A stretch of DNA of 64,000 nucleotides from Gammaproteobacteria bacterium (GTDB lineage: Bacteria; Pseudomonadota; Gammaproteobacteria; GCA-001735895): assembly GCA_050298595.1 (NCBI GenBank), contig JBNKUM010000103.1:2150-66149 (forward strand). The letters are read 5' to 3'. A program made the translations under genes and the position numbers. A model generated the notes under the pieces. That model searched no databases and was not told where the DNA came from. It was given only the letters and a program-made list of their open reading frames with translations. Below are positions 9,653-20,712 of the stretch, in pieces. The first letter of the stretch is position 1. Each line of letters opens with the position of its first letter.

Positions 9653-10432
9653 ATGACATATTGTGTTTCTGTATCCACCGAAAGTGGCCTGGTTTTCTGT
9701 TCTGACTCTCGCACCAATGCGGGACCGGATATGCTATCTAGTTATAGTAAGATGCATATTTTCGATCCCTGTGAAGACCGTGTATTCGTCATGCTATCTG
9801 CGGGTAACCTGTCTACCACTCAGGCTATAGTTAATCGCATTGAATCGGATCTGGAAACTGCCGACTCCATCAATAGCCTGAGGCATGCGACCAAGCTGGT
9901 AGAGGCTGCACGCTATGTCGCACAAATCACCCGGGAAGAGCTTGATCATGCGCAGGCAACTACCGCTTCAACAGGTATCGACGCCAGTGTTTCATTGATA
10001 TTTGGTGGGCAGATTTCCGGTGGACCACACGGTATCTATATGATTTATTCAGCCGGTAACTTTATTACCGATTCCGATGAGACCCCTTTCCTGCAGATCG
10101 GTGAAAGTAAATATGGAAAACCGATCCTGGATCGTATTCTGAATCGCAATACCTCATTAGAAGATGCAGCCCGATGCTGTATTGTATCCATGGACTCAAC
10201 CATCAAGTCTAACGCTACAGTGGGTCCACCGATAGAAGTGCTGGTATACGAGAAGGATTCATTCACCACAAGTCATTACATCAAGCTGGAAGAAGACGCC
10301 CCCTATCTTCACGATATCAAGCAGGCATGGAATGAAGCGATGAATAGAGCGTTTCTACAATTACCGGCTTTTCAATGGGAAGGTCATCAGGTGGTCAATC
10401 TTCAGGTAGTTCAGGATCAGATTCAGGAATAA
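9653..10432 (+). CDS. Anbu-type proteasome-like peptidase (Ntn hydrolase, proteasome beta-subunit homologue)
   Basis: N-terminus M-TYCVSVSTESGLVFCSDSRTNAG places Thr at position 1 after Met removal. About 259 aa, as in the Anbu/COG3484 family as I recall it. Confidence 0.7.
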   Translation: MTYCVSVSTESGLVFCSDSRTNAGPDMLSSYSKMHIFDPCEDRVFVMLSAGNLSTTQAIVNRIESDLETADSINSLRHATKLVEAARYVAQITREELDHAQATTASTGIDASVSLIFGGQISGGPHGIYMIYSAGNFITDSDETPFLQIGESKYGKPILDRILNRNTSLEDAARCCIVSMDSTIKSNATVGPPIEVLVYEKDSFTTSHYIKLEEDAPYLHDIKQAWNEAMNRAFLQLPAFQWEGHQVVNLQVVQDQIQE

Positions 10433-10462
10433 GCGGCCTGCACCAGTGCCGCTATTGCTAAA

Positions 10463-11929
10463 TCACCTGTTCCAGAAAGCACTCGTAAACAGGATGAGGA
10501 AGGTATAAAACTCTAAACGCCCCGCGATCATGCAGAAGGAGAGCAGCCATTTTGCAAAAGCACTCAGCTCGGCATAATTCTGAGCTGGCCCTACCAGCCC
10601 CAGTCCGGGGCCTATATTAAACTGGCAGGCAATCACACTGGACACGGCTGTGACCAGATCCACACCAGTGGCCGATATCAACAAACTTGCAGTCAGCATG
10701 ACCAACACTGCGAGTAATATCAGGTTAAGTAATCCACTAACCGTGGGTTCAGGCAGCACTTCATCTCCGGCACGGATACGGAAGACACCCTGAGGTTCTG
10801 CAAGACGTCTAAAATCTCGATACACAGCTCGAAACATAAGTACCACACGGGCAACCTTCAGGCCACCAGCAGTCGAGCCAGTACAACCACCGACAAACAT
10901 GAGCATCACCAGGACAAATTGCAACACACTCGGCCACATGCCGTAATCAGCGGTTACAAAACCCGTAGTCGACAGTATCGATACCACCTGAAACAGAGCT
11001 GCTCGGATAACCGGTTCGTAAGCAGCATCACTGCCCGCAATCAAGGTCAATGAAATCAGCAGAGTGGCAGCAAGGGTAATCAAAAAATAGGCCCTGAATT
11101 CAAAACCACGAAATACAGCGCCTGCTTTATGCTCAACCCAGAAGTGATAATGCTGGATAAAACTCACCCCTGCCAGAAACATGAAAAGGATAATAATATA
11201 TTCGATCAAAGGACTGTTAAACCCGGCGATACTCGCCGTTCTGGTCGAAAACCCACCCGTACCCAAAGTAGAAAAGGCATGACAGACAGCTTCAAAAAGA
11301 TTCATCCCGGCGAAAACCAGCAATACAATTTCTACTACGGTAAATAACACATACAGTCGCCATAATGCACGTGCTGTCTCGACAATACGGGGTTGCATGC
11401 GCTCGGATGAAGCTCCGGAGAATTCGGACTGATACATAACATTTCCACTCTGTCCCAGTAATGGCAGAATGGCCAGACCCAGCAGGACTATGCCCATACC
11501 ACCTAACCAGTGACTGAAACAACGCCACAGGTGTATCGGTCGGGAAAGTCCATCCACATCAGAAATAACGGTAGCCCCGGTAGTGGTAAATCCCGAAGTT
11601 GCTTCGAAGAAGGCATCACTTACTGAGACATAACTGTCTGAGAAGTAAAAAGGCAATGCGCCAAAAGCGCAGATAACAATCCAGATCAGTGACACTAAAA
11701 GAATACTTTCACGATGTAACAAATCCCTGCGCTCACGCCTTCTTCCCAACACTAACAATATGCCTGCTACTGATCCGGTTATCAGCGCAGCATCCCACAT
11801 AGAGGATTGATCGACATGATCAGTAGCCAGTGCATACAGATAGGGCACCATCATACTGCCCCCCAGATAGGCCAGAAAACTGCCCAGCACCCAGGCGATA
11901 GTCCGTAGATTGACGATATGTATAAGCAT
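10463..11929 (-). CDS. trkH: Trk-type potassium uptake protein, membrane subunit
   Basis: 488-aa polytopic protein with repeated selectivity-filter-like TGF/TGG motifs (SGFTTTGAT, TLGTGGFS, STTGF, GSTAGGLK). Adjacent to trkA. Confidence 0.9.
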   Translation of the reverse strand: MLIHIVNLRTIAWVLGSFLAYLGGSMMVPYLYALATDHVDQSSMWDAALITGSVAGILLVLGRRRERRDLLHRESILLVSLIWIVICAFGALPFYFSDSYVSVSDAFFEATSGFTTTGATVISDVDGLSRPIHLWRCFSHWLGGMGIVLLGLAILPLLGQSGNVMYQSEFSGASSERMQPRIVETARALWRLYVLFTVVEIVLLVFAGMNLFEAVCHAFSTLGTGGFSTRTASIAGFNSPLIEYIIILFMFLAGVSFIQHYHFWVEHKAGAVFRGFEFRAYFLITLAATLLISLTLIAGSDAAYEPVIRAALFQVVSILSTTGFVTADYGMWPSVLQFVLVMLMFVGGCTGSTAGGLKVARVVLMFRAVYRDFRRLAEPQGVFRIRAGDEVLPEPTVSGLLNLILLAVLVMLTASLLISATGVDLVTAVSSVIACQFNIGPGLGLVGPAQNYAELSAFAKWLLSFCMIAGRLEFYTFLILFTSAFWNR

Positions 11930-11943
11930 CTAAGATCCTTTTA

Positions 11944-13308
11944 TTATCTGTTAGCCGAGAGTATTTTCTTTTCCAGTTGCCTGACCACATCAATATCGCT
12001 AAAAATCACCAGCGTATCGGATGCATTGATTATCGTTTCATCATCCGGTATCACGACACTACCGTCAGGGCGTGCTATGGCCCCTATCTGACTCCCTTCT
12101 GGCAGGTCTATCCCCCCCATAGGCTGACCGATATAATCTGAGTCATCAGCAACCTCCAGCTCAATGACTTCGACCTTATTCTCACCCAGTGTGCGCACAG
12201 AATGAACACCGCCCTTACGCACAAATTCGAGCAGGGCATCCGCCGCCTTGATTCGGGGATTAACCGTGGTATTGATCCCCAGACGTTGCACCAGCTCTAA
12301 ATAGGTTATGCTTGTAAACAGTGGTATGACCTTTTCGACACCCATACGCCGTGCTAACAGGCAGGCAATCAGGTTTGCATCCTCATCACCGGTTAACGAC
12401 ACAAAAGCATCAATACCTTCGACGTTGGACTCCATTAATACTTCCTGACTGGTTCCATCATCATGGATTACAACGGTATCCTTCAATTCAGCGGAAAGGA
12501 AATCACAGCGCTTTAGATCTTTTTCAAACAGTTTGACCGGGATTTTTTCCTCTTCCAGCGCACGTGACAGCTCCAGCCCCATTTCCCCTCCACCGACGAT
12601 AAAGACCTGACGTACCTGCTGCTGCTTGACAACACCGACCAGTTCAAACGTTTTATCCAGATTCTCGGTACTGGTTACGATATACACAATATCATCAGCT
12701 ACTAACACTTCATCATGGTGCGGAATAATCGCTTCATCTGCACGCAAAACAACACCGATAGTGGCTACGCCATCACCTACTAGCAAGTGGAAATCACCAA
12801 CCCGTGAGCCGACTAGCTGGCTGCCAGGTCGCAGCGCCATACTAAAAAGCTTTATTCTCTCGCCGGCAAAATTCCGAATATCCGAAACACCGGGGATTCT
12901 TATCACTCGCAGGATACGATTGACCACATCACTTTCAGGGTGGACAACTCGGTCAACTCTCAAACCCAGACGCTCGAAGGTTAGCTGCCACTGCATATAT
13001 TCGGGGGTACGTAAGCGGATAGCTTTCAATGCATCGGGGGCAAGATCATTAGCGATCATGCAGGCTAACACGTTGATCTCATCATTATGAGTACAGGCCA
13101 TAAACATATCCGACTCAGAGAGTCCTGCCCTGTTCCAGTCTGCAATACAGGACGCATCGCCCAGGAGAACCCGCGCATCGAGTTTTTCATTCAGATGCTG
13201 GCAACGTTCTTCGTCCCTTTCCATTACAACCACATCATGTCCTTCACGGGTCAGCCGTTTGGCTATATATTCGACGCACTGACCACCACCGGCAAAAAAG
13301 ATACGCAT
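11944..13308 (-). CDS. trkA: Trk system potassium uptake protein, NAD-binding peripheral subunit
   Basis: 454 aa with two RCK/TrkA-N Rossmann repeats (IFFAGGGQ..., FIVGGGEMG). Confidence 0.9.
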   Translation of the reverse strand: MRIFFAGGGQCVEYIAKRLTREGHDVVVMERDEERCQHLNEKLDARVLLGDASCIADWNRAGLSESDMFMACTHNDEINVLACMIANDLAPDALKAIRLRTPEYMQWQLTFERLGLRVDRVVHPESDVVNRILRVIRIPGVSDIRNFAGERIKLFSMALRPGSQLVGSRVGDFHLLVGDGVATIGVVLRADEAIIPHHDEVLVADDIVYIVTSTENLDKTFELVGVVKQQQVRQVFIVGGGEMGLELSRALEEEKIPVKLFEKDLKRCDFLSAELKDTVVIHDDGTSQEVLMESNVEGIDAFVSLTGDEDANLIACLLARRMGVEKVIPLFTSITYLELVQRLGINTTVNPRIKAADALLEFVRKGGVHSVRTLGENKVEVIELEVADDSDYIGQPMGGIDLPEGSQIGAIARPDGSVVIPDDETIINASDTLVIFSDIDVVRQLEKKILSANR

Positions 13309-13671
13309 CGTTTCAGTTTCCTCTTGATGACCTTATTGAGATGAATCCTTACAGTATTAGATGTGGTTTACAAGTCTGAAATAGCATATGCGATTAAAAT
13401 GGCAAATATTTATTGTGAGCGCCATGTAAGCCATGACAATGGCGAATAAACAGATCATCAGAGATCCAACCTAATTGATCAGAGGTGTCTCATAATTTGC
13501 ACTATTTCGCGCCCAGTCGGATAATTAACCTGCAAAGGAAAAACAGCTCTTGGCCATATTTGAGTAGTTCTGGTATCAAGGTTAACCTGATTGGTGATCT
13601 AGCAGCATACCTGGCTGCATACGAGTATTTCATCCATCTTAAGGTATGTAAAAAAGAATCGGAGAAATATT

Positions 13672-14166
13672 ATGGAAATAACAAACTTAGCATTTATTGC
13701 AGGTGTGATACTGGGGAGCCTGGCAATTGTATCGGTCTGCTGGGTCTGGTTGAGCAAACAGATGCTTGGCTTAGGTGGTGGAGTACTGAGCTTTGTAGGT
13801 GTCGTTCTGGTTGGTCTATCTCTTTGGAGCAAGGCCAGTGTTGAGGTCAGTCCGGATGGATTTCGAGCAGAGTTTGAGCGACTGGAAAACGAAGTCAAAA
13901 AAGTATCAGTCAGAAGTGAGCAGATTAGTAACGATGTTATAGCTGTTGCAGAATCGAACAAGGCGCTAAGTAATGAGGTCAAGGTAGTTGCTGAAAATAT
14001 CGATATCAACAAAGCTCAGTTTCTGCACCTCACCTCGGTTTTAAAGAGTAAACAGACGCTAAGCGTAGATCAGGTAAAAATGATCGATGAGCCAATCAAG
14101 AGAGCCCCTAGAATTAACCGGCAACTATTAGATTCGACGACTATCAGGCTCCCGACAAGAGAATAG
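13672..14166 (+). CDS. Hypothetical membrane protein (two TM segments plus a coiled-coil tail)
   Basis: ORF with a hydrophobic N-terminal third and a heptad-like charged C-terminus. I recognise no family. Confidence 0.45.
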   Translation: MEITNLAFIAGVILGSLAIVSVCWVWLSKQMLGLGGGVLSFVGVVLVGLSLWSKASVEVSPDGFRAEFERLENEVKKVSVRSEQISNDVIAVAESNKALSNEVKVVAENIDINKAQFLHLTSVLKSKQTLSVDQVKMIDEPIKRAPRINRQLLDSTTIRLPTRE

Positions 14167-14208
14167 AAAACCAGTTACCAGTATGCGGAGTAAACGACAG
14201 GACTCTGA

Positions 14209-15159
14209 CTATTGGTGGATCACGTTGTTTTGCACACGTTTACGGAATGCCGTAGGCGAACAGCCAAACAACTGACGAAAGCGTCGGCTAAAATGGCTCA
14301 GGTCAGTGAACCCGAGTTCAAAGCAGGCATAGCTAATCGACTTACCCTGCTCTATTTTTCTGGCGGCTTCTTTCAGGCGCATCTGCTGATAAAGCTCACC
14401 GGGGGTACAGGCAAAGTGCTTTTTGAATTCCTGATATAGTCTACTACGGCTCATACAGGCCGTCTTTGCCAGCTGATCGATACATAATGGCTGTGACAGG
14501 TGGTTACGGATAAACGAAAGCGCCGCATACAGTCCATTGTACTCGGGTTCTCGGCTGCAATGAGCTAAGACAAATTCACGATCCTTGTGGCGCAGCATGC
14601 GCACAATCAGCTCGGTTAATCCCAGGTCTATCAGCATATCGCGATCCGGGTCATTCTCAACGAAAACCCTGACCAGACGATCAAGCAGCCGTTGCGTTTC
14701 TGCACCGTGCTGTGTGTGTAGTACCGTGGATACACCCACTGCAGACAGCTGATTGAGCGAACCGAGATCACGCATACGCTCAACAACCTTACAAACTTTA
14801 TCTTTCGATATCTCAACGGTTAAACAGGTCGTGGGACTGGATTGACTGGCCTCAGGAAAGTCAATCTCAACCTTTTCGCCGGGAGCCATAATGAAAGACT
14901 CATGCGGTAGAAAGTTTTGAGGATTAATCAGATTTTGACTGTGCATGACCTTGCGGCCAGTGACCATGCCGCAAAACAATAACTGATCCGCAGCTAACGG
15001 TACTCTTTGTGCACTGGCATAGGTATCGTAGATACTCAATTCAGAATCCTGGCCTGTAAAACAGACCTGATTCTCTACCATTTTCAGAGGTTTACGTTGC
15101 TTATGTATGGCTGTGACAAATGACATCGCCTCATCTCCCGTGAGCTTCAGGTCAGCCAT
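14209..15159 (-). CDS. AraC/XylS-family transcriptional regulator
   Basis: C-terminal double HTH (CMSRSRLYQEFKKHFACTPGELY...GFTDLSHFSRRFRQLFGCSP). Divergent from the aldehyde dehydrogenase gene. Confidence 0.85.
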   Translation of the reverse strand: MADLKLTGDEAMSFVTAIHKQRKPLKMVENQVCFTGQDSELSIYDTYASAQRVPLAADQLLFCGMVTGRKVMHSQNLINPQNFLPHESFIMAPGEKVEIDFPEASQSSPTTCLTVEISKDKVCKVVERMRDLGSLNQLSAVGVSTVLHTQHGAETQRLLDRLVRVFVENDPDRDMLIDLGLTELIVRMLRHKDREFVLAHCSREPEYNGLYAALSFIRNHLSQPLCIDQLAKTACMSRSRLYQEFKKHFACTPGELYQQMRLKEAARKIEQGKSISYACFELGFTDLSHFSRRFRQLFGCSPTAFRKRVQNNVIHQ

Positions 15160-15322
15160 ACTGCACTGAGGCTGGACTCTCAGTCAAGTCATTGGGAACA
15201 ACAGACAAATGAAGTGGATTCTGGGTCAAGTCATTGGCATGTTTATACAACCTGACCAGCGCATCTAATCAGTAGCATATGAGACTCCAGATAAAACAAT
15301 TAAGATATGAGGAATACATCTA

Positions 15323-16843
15323 ATGCTATACGCAAATCCCGGTGAGACAGGCTCAGTCGTTTCATTTAACAACCGTTACGAAAACTATATAGGCGGCAAA
15401 TGGGTCGCCCCGGTACAGGGTCGTTACTTCAACAACACTAGCCCTGTTAACGGCACAAAAATCTGCGAAATCCCACAGTCATCAGCAGAAGATATAGAAC
15501 TTGCAATAGATGCCGCGCATCGGGCACAGGCTAGCTGGGGCAGTACCTCAGTAACTCAGCGCTCCAATATTCTGCTCAAGATTGCCGACCGAATCGAGCA
15601 GAATCTTGAAATGCTGGCCGTCGCAGAAACCTGGGACAATGGCAAAGCTGTGCGCGAAACACTGGCTGCTGATCTACCGCTTTCTGCAGATCATTTCCGC
15701 TATTTCGCAGGATGTATCCGTGCGCAGGAAGGCAGTATTGGAGAGATTGATGAACAGACAGTTGCCTATCACTTCCACGAACCACTAGGTGTAGTTGGTC
15801 AGATCATTCCCTGGAACTTCCCATTATTGATGGCCGCATGGAAAATTGCACCCGCTCTCGCTGCTGGTAATTCCATCGTACTTAAGCCTGCCGAGCAAAC
15901 CCCTGTATCAATCCTGAAACTGATGGAAGTCATAGGCGACCTGTTACCACCCGGCGTACTAAATATCGTCAATGGCTACGGCGCAGAAGCTGGACAGGCG
16001 TTAGCGAGTAATACTCGCATCGCGAAAATCGCCTTTACCGGATCAACACCTACCGGCTCTATGATCCTGAAAAATGCTGCGCAAAACATCATTCCTTCCA
16101 CTGTGGAACTAGGTGGTAAATCACCCAATATCTACTTCGATGATGTACTGGCATACGAAGATGAATACGTCAGTAAATGCATCGAAGGTGCTGTGTTAGC
16201 TTTTTTTAATCAGGGCGAAGTCTGCACCTGCCCTTCACGCCTGCTGGTTCAGGAATCCATGTATGACGAATTTATCGCAAAAGTCATTCAGCGCTCACAG
16301 CAAATCAAACGCGGCAATCCACTGGATACAGATACCATGGTCGGTGCACAGGCCTCAAAACAACAATTCGACAAGATTCTGAGTTATGTAGAAATCGGCA
16401 AAGCAGAGGGTGCTGAAGTATTAATCGGTGGTGATATCGATAATGTCGGCTGTGGCTTTGATGAGGGTTACTACATCCAGCCAACATTACTCAAAGGCAG
16501 CAATGAAATGCGCGTATTCCAGGAAGAGATCTTCGGGCCTGTCGTTTCAGTAACCACATTTAAAGACGAAGCCGAAGCGCTCGCCATAGCCAACGATACA
16601 GAATTTGGACTGGGCGCTGGTCTATGGACAAGAGACATGAACCGAGCCTACCGCATGGGACGCAAGATACAGGCCGGCCGGGTGTGGACCAACTGTTACC
16701 ATCATTACCCTGCACATGCTGCATTTGGTGGATATAAAAAATCGGGTATCGGTCGCGAGACGCATAAGATGATGTTGAACCATTACCAGCAAACTAAAAA
16801 TATGCTGGTCAGTTATGATATTAATCCGCTTGGTTTTTTCTAA
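15323..16843 (+). CDS. NAD(P)-dependent aldehyde dehydrogenase (506-aa AcoD/ExaC/AldB-like class)
   Basis: [11 protein letters not shown]-terminus, catalytic Glu/Cys region ELGGKSP ... [12 protein letters not shown], and the length typical of acetaldehyde dehydrogenases. Confidence 0.9.
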   Translation: MLYANPGETGSVVSFNNRYENYIGGKWVAPVQGRYFNNTSPVNGTKICEIPQSSAEDIELAIDAAHRAQASWGSTSVTQRSNILLKIADRIEQNLEMLAVAETWDNGKAVRETLAADLPLSADHFRYFAGCIRAQEGSIGEIDEQTVAYHFHEPLGVVGQIIPWNFPLLMAAWKIAPALAAGNSIVLKPAEQTPVSILKLMEVIGDLLPPGVLNIVNGYGAEAGQALASNTRIAKIAFTGSTPTGSMILKNAAQNIIPSTVELGGKSPNIYFDDVLAYEDEYVSKCIEGAVLAFFNQGEVCTCPSRLLVQESMYDEFIAKVIQRSQQIKRGNPLDTDTMVGAQASKQQFDKILSYVEIGKAEGAEVLIGGDIDNVGCGFDEGYYIQPTLLKGSNEMRVFQEEIFGPVVSVTTFKDEAEALAIANDTEFGLGAGLWTRDMNRAYRMGRKIQAGRVWTNCYHHYPAHAAFGGYKKSGIGRETHKMMLNHYQQTKNMLVSYDINPLGFF

Positions 16844-16856
16844 ACCAAAATAATAC

Positions 16857-16883
16857 ACGGGCGTTCTGGAGAACGCCCGTTTC
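16857..16883 (+). terminator. Rho-independent terminator after the aldehyde dehydrogenase gene
   Basis: Perfect 10-bp stem ACGGGCGTTC / GAACGCCCGT with loop TGGA, followed by TTCTCC. It lies 14 nt after the stop codon. Confidence 0.7.
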
Positions 16884-17246
16884 TCCCTCCCCTTCCTATC
16901 ACTTCTATAAATAAAATACTTGATCAAGTAAACAGGTTTGCCTATGGTAGAGTAAATTTAAAAAACTACACCTCATAATGCAGGTAAAGGACTCAAAAAA
17001 TGGAACTATCCCCCCAATCGCAATATCTCGATTATCAAACTGAAATTTCAGATCATTGACCCTTTCTTTGGATAAGTAGATATTGACCTGGGAATTCTTT
17101 AAGGATTATCAATTAAGTTAGGATATAAAGAAAATGGAAGAAATAATTAAAAAAGGTCAACCATCAAATATATATTCAAAGGTCGTTTACTTTTGAGTTA
17201 CAATGTTAGAGCTACAGGATTAAAACTTTAAAAAAGGAAGGAGAAA

Positions 17247-17861
17247 ATGATAAAAAAATTTAAGTCTCTATATATATTACTAATATTTTTTTCAGCTAAT
17301 TCACATGCAGGTCTAATATCTGTAGATGCGTCAGCTGATATGACAAGCGGTTTTTCTTTAGCAACTAGCTTACTGCCAATTGGAACAAATGTATCAGCAG
17401 ATATTAAATTCGATGTTGGGGTTGGTACAATTGGAATATCAAATTTCACAGATGTTTCAGGTATTTTTTCATGGTTTGACACCACCTTTGGTTTACAAAC
17501 ATTTAGTGCTGACAATGCTCAAATAACGACGATTAATTCCGCTGGATGGTTTGACTTAAACTTTACGGGTCTTGGCCCAGTAATTAATGGAATTACTGCT
17601 AATAGTTTTAGTATATTGTTTGATATTGGCACTAATCCATTTATATCACCAGGTAGCACGACTGAGCTTTACGATCTTATTTTAAATAGCTCTGTTAGCG
17701 GTATGAGAGTGGGTGCTCTACAAGGGGGGCTTACTCATTACGGCAACCTAAAATCAAATGTTACTGGGTCAGTTACTGCCGTTCCAGAACCAAATATTAT
17801 TATATTATTTCTATCTGGATTGTTAGGTTTTTTTGAATTAAAAAGAAGCTCTAACAATTAA
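17247..17861 (+). CDS. PEP-CTERM sorting-domain protein
   Basis: Signal peptide (LLIFFSANSHA/GLI). The C-terminus VPEPNIIILFLSGLLGFFELKRSSNN gives a PEP motif, a TM segment and basic residues. A strong RBS (AAGGAAGGAG) precedes the ATG. Confidence 0.8.
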   Translation: MIKKFKSLYILLIFFSANSHAGLISVDASADMTSGFSLATSLLPIGTNVSADIKFDVGVGTIGISNFTDVSGIFSWFDTTFGLQTFSADNAQITTINSAGWFDLNFTGLGPVINGITANSFSILFDIGTNPFISPGSTTELYDLILNSSVSGMRVGALQGGLTHYGNLKSNVTGSVTAVPEPNIIILFLSGLLGFFELKRSSNN

Positions 17862-18454
17862 ATACACTTGAAAAAAACACAGCTACATTCGTTCCGCATT
17901 TCGCTGTGTTTACCGACAATTTTAACCGTTAGATTTCATAGCCATGATAAAGGATCTTCGTTACTTATTACTGATATCGGCATTAATTTTTGCATAAGCG
18001 GAGTTGTACATTAATGGAATCATTTAGTTCAGGCAAATGGCTATATTTAATCGAGACTGTAATTAGTTATATTTCAGCATAAGACCTGCTCTGAAAAAAG
18101 AGATGGTCTAACAACTTGAGAAAGTGAAAAGCAACTTACTTGAAAAGAAAGATCTTTCCAAAAGTATTCTTGCCAATTATTTACCTTCTGTATCTGGAAT
18201 AAAAAGTAGTTAAGGACTCTGAGAATAGCTACATTTCATACGAAGATAACAGCAGGTTAGTCGCAATGCAAAAAGTATTCTCACCTGATGACGGTATAAA
18301 CGTTGAGGTTGAAAAATATCATTTTAAGAATCCGGAAAAAATACTGAAGCGAATGGCCTGAGTACGAAAGTTGAATGGTTTGATCAGTTGAAATAATTCA
18401 CTCTATTTAGTTCATATAGGCACAACCAACCCAAACCGGATATTACTGAAATTA

Positions 18455-18814
18455 ATGAATCGATTTCCAGTTAATTTTTTTATCACTATGCTCATCATGT
18501 TTCTGATCGAGGGATGTGTATTCGTTCCAAACTCGAAGCTGGATGAATCTGATTGCAAAATGTATACACCAGAATGGGAGCTAACTGTGACGGAATTATC
18601 TCATTACAATATGTGCAATGGCTCAGGAAAAGATGCTGGCGCCTGTCTTGTCACTGTGGGTATTGTGATTCCCCTTGGCTCAATGATTGTATCGGGCAGT
18701 GTAATTGTGATCGGAAATACTATTCACTGGATAGAGTATCAAGGACATTGCGATGAGGGGCTTGTTAAGAGATCCCTGTCAAAACTAACAAATAAAGCTA
18801 GTTCCAATCAATAA
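18455..18814 (+). CDS. Small Cys-containing putative lipoprotein/membrane protein
   Basis: N-terminal hydrophobic segment ending LIEGC (lipobox-like). No family recognised. Confidence 0.4.
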   Translation: MNRFPVNFFITMLIMFLIEGCVFVPNSKLDESDCKMYTPEWELTVTELSHYNMCNGSGKDAGACLVTVGIVIPLGSMIVSGSVIVIGNTIHWIEYQGHCDEGLVKRSLSKLTNKASSNQ

Positions 18815-19041
18815 GCTGCACAGTTTTAATTAGGGACTGTTCTGAAAAACGGTGATTATCAATATGGAAAAACTGAATGCCAGATTGACTCAGTGATGAA
18901 CACTAAGGTATTCTTAAATCCATTTCTGGGCAACAGGAAAGTTACGGGACTGGAATATCAATCGTTGCTGGATTTAACGACATATGCGGATATATCTCCT
19001 TAACTGGCTTCCCAGCCCCCCTTTTACCTTCTTCTGGATAA

Positions 19042-20697
19042 ATGGATCAATTCAAAACCTTATTAAACTCATTCGTCAACGGCGAAGCTGATCTCAGCGA
19101 TCTGACCCGTGCAATCAACCACCTTGACAAAGAGAATCCCGCTGCAGCAGAGGAAGCGCTACTGAGCTGTGAATCATTATTCGAAAAAGTGGATGCGGCG
19201 ACCAGAATTGATAGCCGGTTTAAACAGGAAATTGCAACAGCTGAGACTGTCGTATCTAGCTCCGCCCCTACCCTTATTCAAAAAACTGTCCAGGTTGACC
19301 CTACCGTTACTCAGCAGAAAACACGCATAAAAACTCAATCAGATGACTCACAGACCATACTTTCCAGAGAAGGCAAAAAAAGGAAAGCCCGAAACATACT
19401 TGAAATCGGATCCAAACTAAAAGACCGGTTTATTCTGGTAGAGGAATTAGGCCGGGGTGGTATGGGGGTGGTCTATAAGGCGCGAGATTATCGCAAGGAA
19501 GAAACACTGGACAATGAACCCTTTGTAGCCATTAAAGTCCTGTCGAAAGAGTTTCAGGAAATAAAAATGTCAGTTATCGCGCTACAGCGTGAAACTAAAA
19601 AAGCACAGAAACTTGCTCATCCAAACATTATTACCGTTTTTGATTTTGATCGAGATGGCGAAAATGTGTTTATGACCATGGAATACCTTGAAGGACAGCC
19701 GCTGGATGCCATCATTAAGAAAACACCGGGCAAGTCTGTTGACCAGAAATTAGCACTATCGATTATTGAACAGATGGGTCGAGCACTTTCCTATGCTCAT
19801 AAAGGAGGCATAGTCCATTCCGATTTAAAACCAGGCAATGTATTCCTCACAAAATCCGGCGTGGTCAAGGTTCTCGATTTTGGCATTGCAAGAGCAGCAA
19901 AAATGGATGATCCACAGCATAAACAGGACAAGGTATTTGATGCAGGTGATTTTCAGGCATTAACACCTGTTTATGCGAGCAAAGAGATGCTGGAAGGAAA
20001 GGACCCTGACCCTCGAGATGACATTTATGGTCTGGCTATAGTTGCCTCTCTATTATTGACTGGTCACCACCCTTTTCACAGGTTCCCTGCTACCAAGGCG
20101 CATGCTGCAGGATTTAAACCTCATCATATAGACAAACTACCACGTGCCATCAGAAATGCTTTAATCCATGCACTGGAGTTTGAAAGAGAAAAAAGAACCG
20201 CTAGTGCCAGCGAGTTCCTTCAGGAACTCAACCTTAGACCTAGAAGGAAAAAGAGTCTAAAACGTCGTCTATTTGAGATCGGCTTAATCTCTCTAGTCAT
20301 GCTCATTACTATCTTTAGTGTTAGACAGCTTTCTAATGGAGAGCAGCCCGTAACTATACTCGAAGATACTACTGCTATAAGCGATGCTGATATTCGCCAA
20401 AAAGTTGAAAACCTGCTTGAAATTGCCGATGTGCATATCATGGTTAACCGGCTGATGGATCCTCCCGGCAGCAGTGCTTTGTATGCCTATCAGCAGGTAC
20501 TTGAACTTCATAACAATAACAAACAGGCGATCGAAGGTTTACGTAAAATAGCTGATCACTATGAAAAAATTGCCAGAGAGAGTTTTAATAACGGTGATTA
20601 TGAGAGAGCCTTGCAACTGGTAGAAAAAGGGCTTATCGCTTTTCCTTCTCATGAAGGCCTTGATAATCTTAGAACCGTGATATCAAATCGTCGGTAA
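19042..20697 (+). CDS. Hanks-type Ser/Thr protein kinase with one TM segment and an extracytoplasmic TPR-like domain
   Basis: Kinase subdomains GRGGMGVVYKA, VAIKVL, HSDLKPGNVF, DFGIARA and TPVYASKE. TM segment LFEIGLISLVMLITIFSV, followed by a helical-repeat C-terminus. Confidence 0.88.
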   Translation: MDQFKTLLNSFVNGEADLSDLTRAINHLDKENPAAAEEALLSCESLFEKVDAATRIDSRFKQEIATAETVVSSSAPTLIQKTVQVDPTVTQQKTRIKTQSDDSQTILSREGKKRKARNILEIGSKLKDRFILVEELGRGGMGVVYKARDYRKEETLDNEPFVAIKVLSKEFQEIKMSVIALQRETKKAQKLAHPNIITVFDFDRDGENVFMTMEYLEGQPLDAIIKKTPGKSVDQKLALSIIEQMGRALSYAHKGGIVHSDLKPGNVFLTKSGVVKVLDFGIARAAKMDDPQHKQDKVFDAGDFQALTPVYASKEMLEGKDPDPRDDIYGLAIVASLLLTGHHPFHRFPATKAHAAGFKPHHIDKLPRAIRNALIHALEFEREKRTASASEFLQELNLRPRRKKSLKRRLFEIGLISLVMLITIFSVRQLSNGEQPVTILEDTTAISDADIRQKVENLLEIADVHIMVNRLMDPPGSSALYAYQQVLELHNNNKQAIEGLRKIADHYEKIARESFNNGDYERALQLVEKGLIAFPSHEGLDNLRTVISNRR

Positions 20698-20712
20698 TTT
20701 CTCAACCAGTTT

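Noticed and set aside
17877-17913. Hairpin aaacacagc-(19 nt)-gctgtgttt after the first PEP-CTERM gene, as a possible terminator
   Set aside because: It has a large loop and no U tract, so the support is too weak to call.
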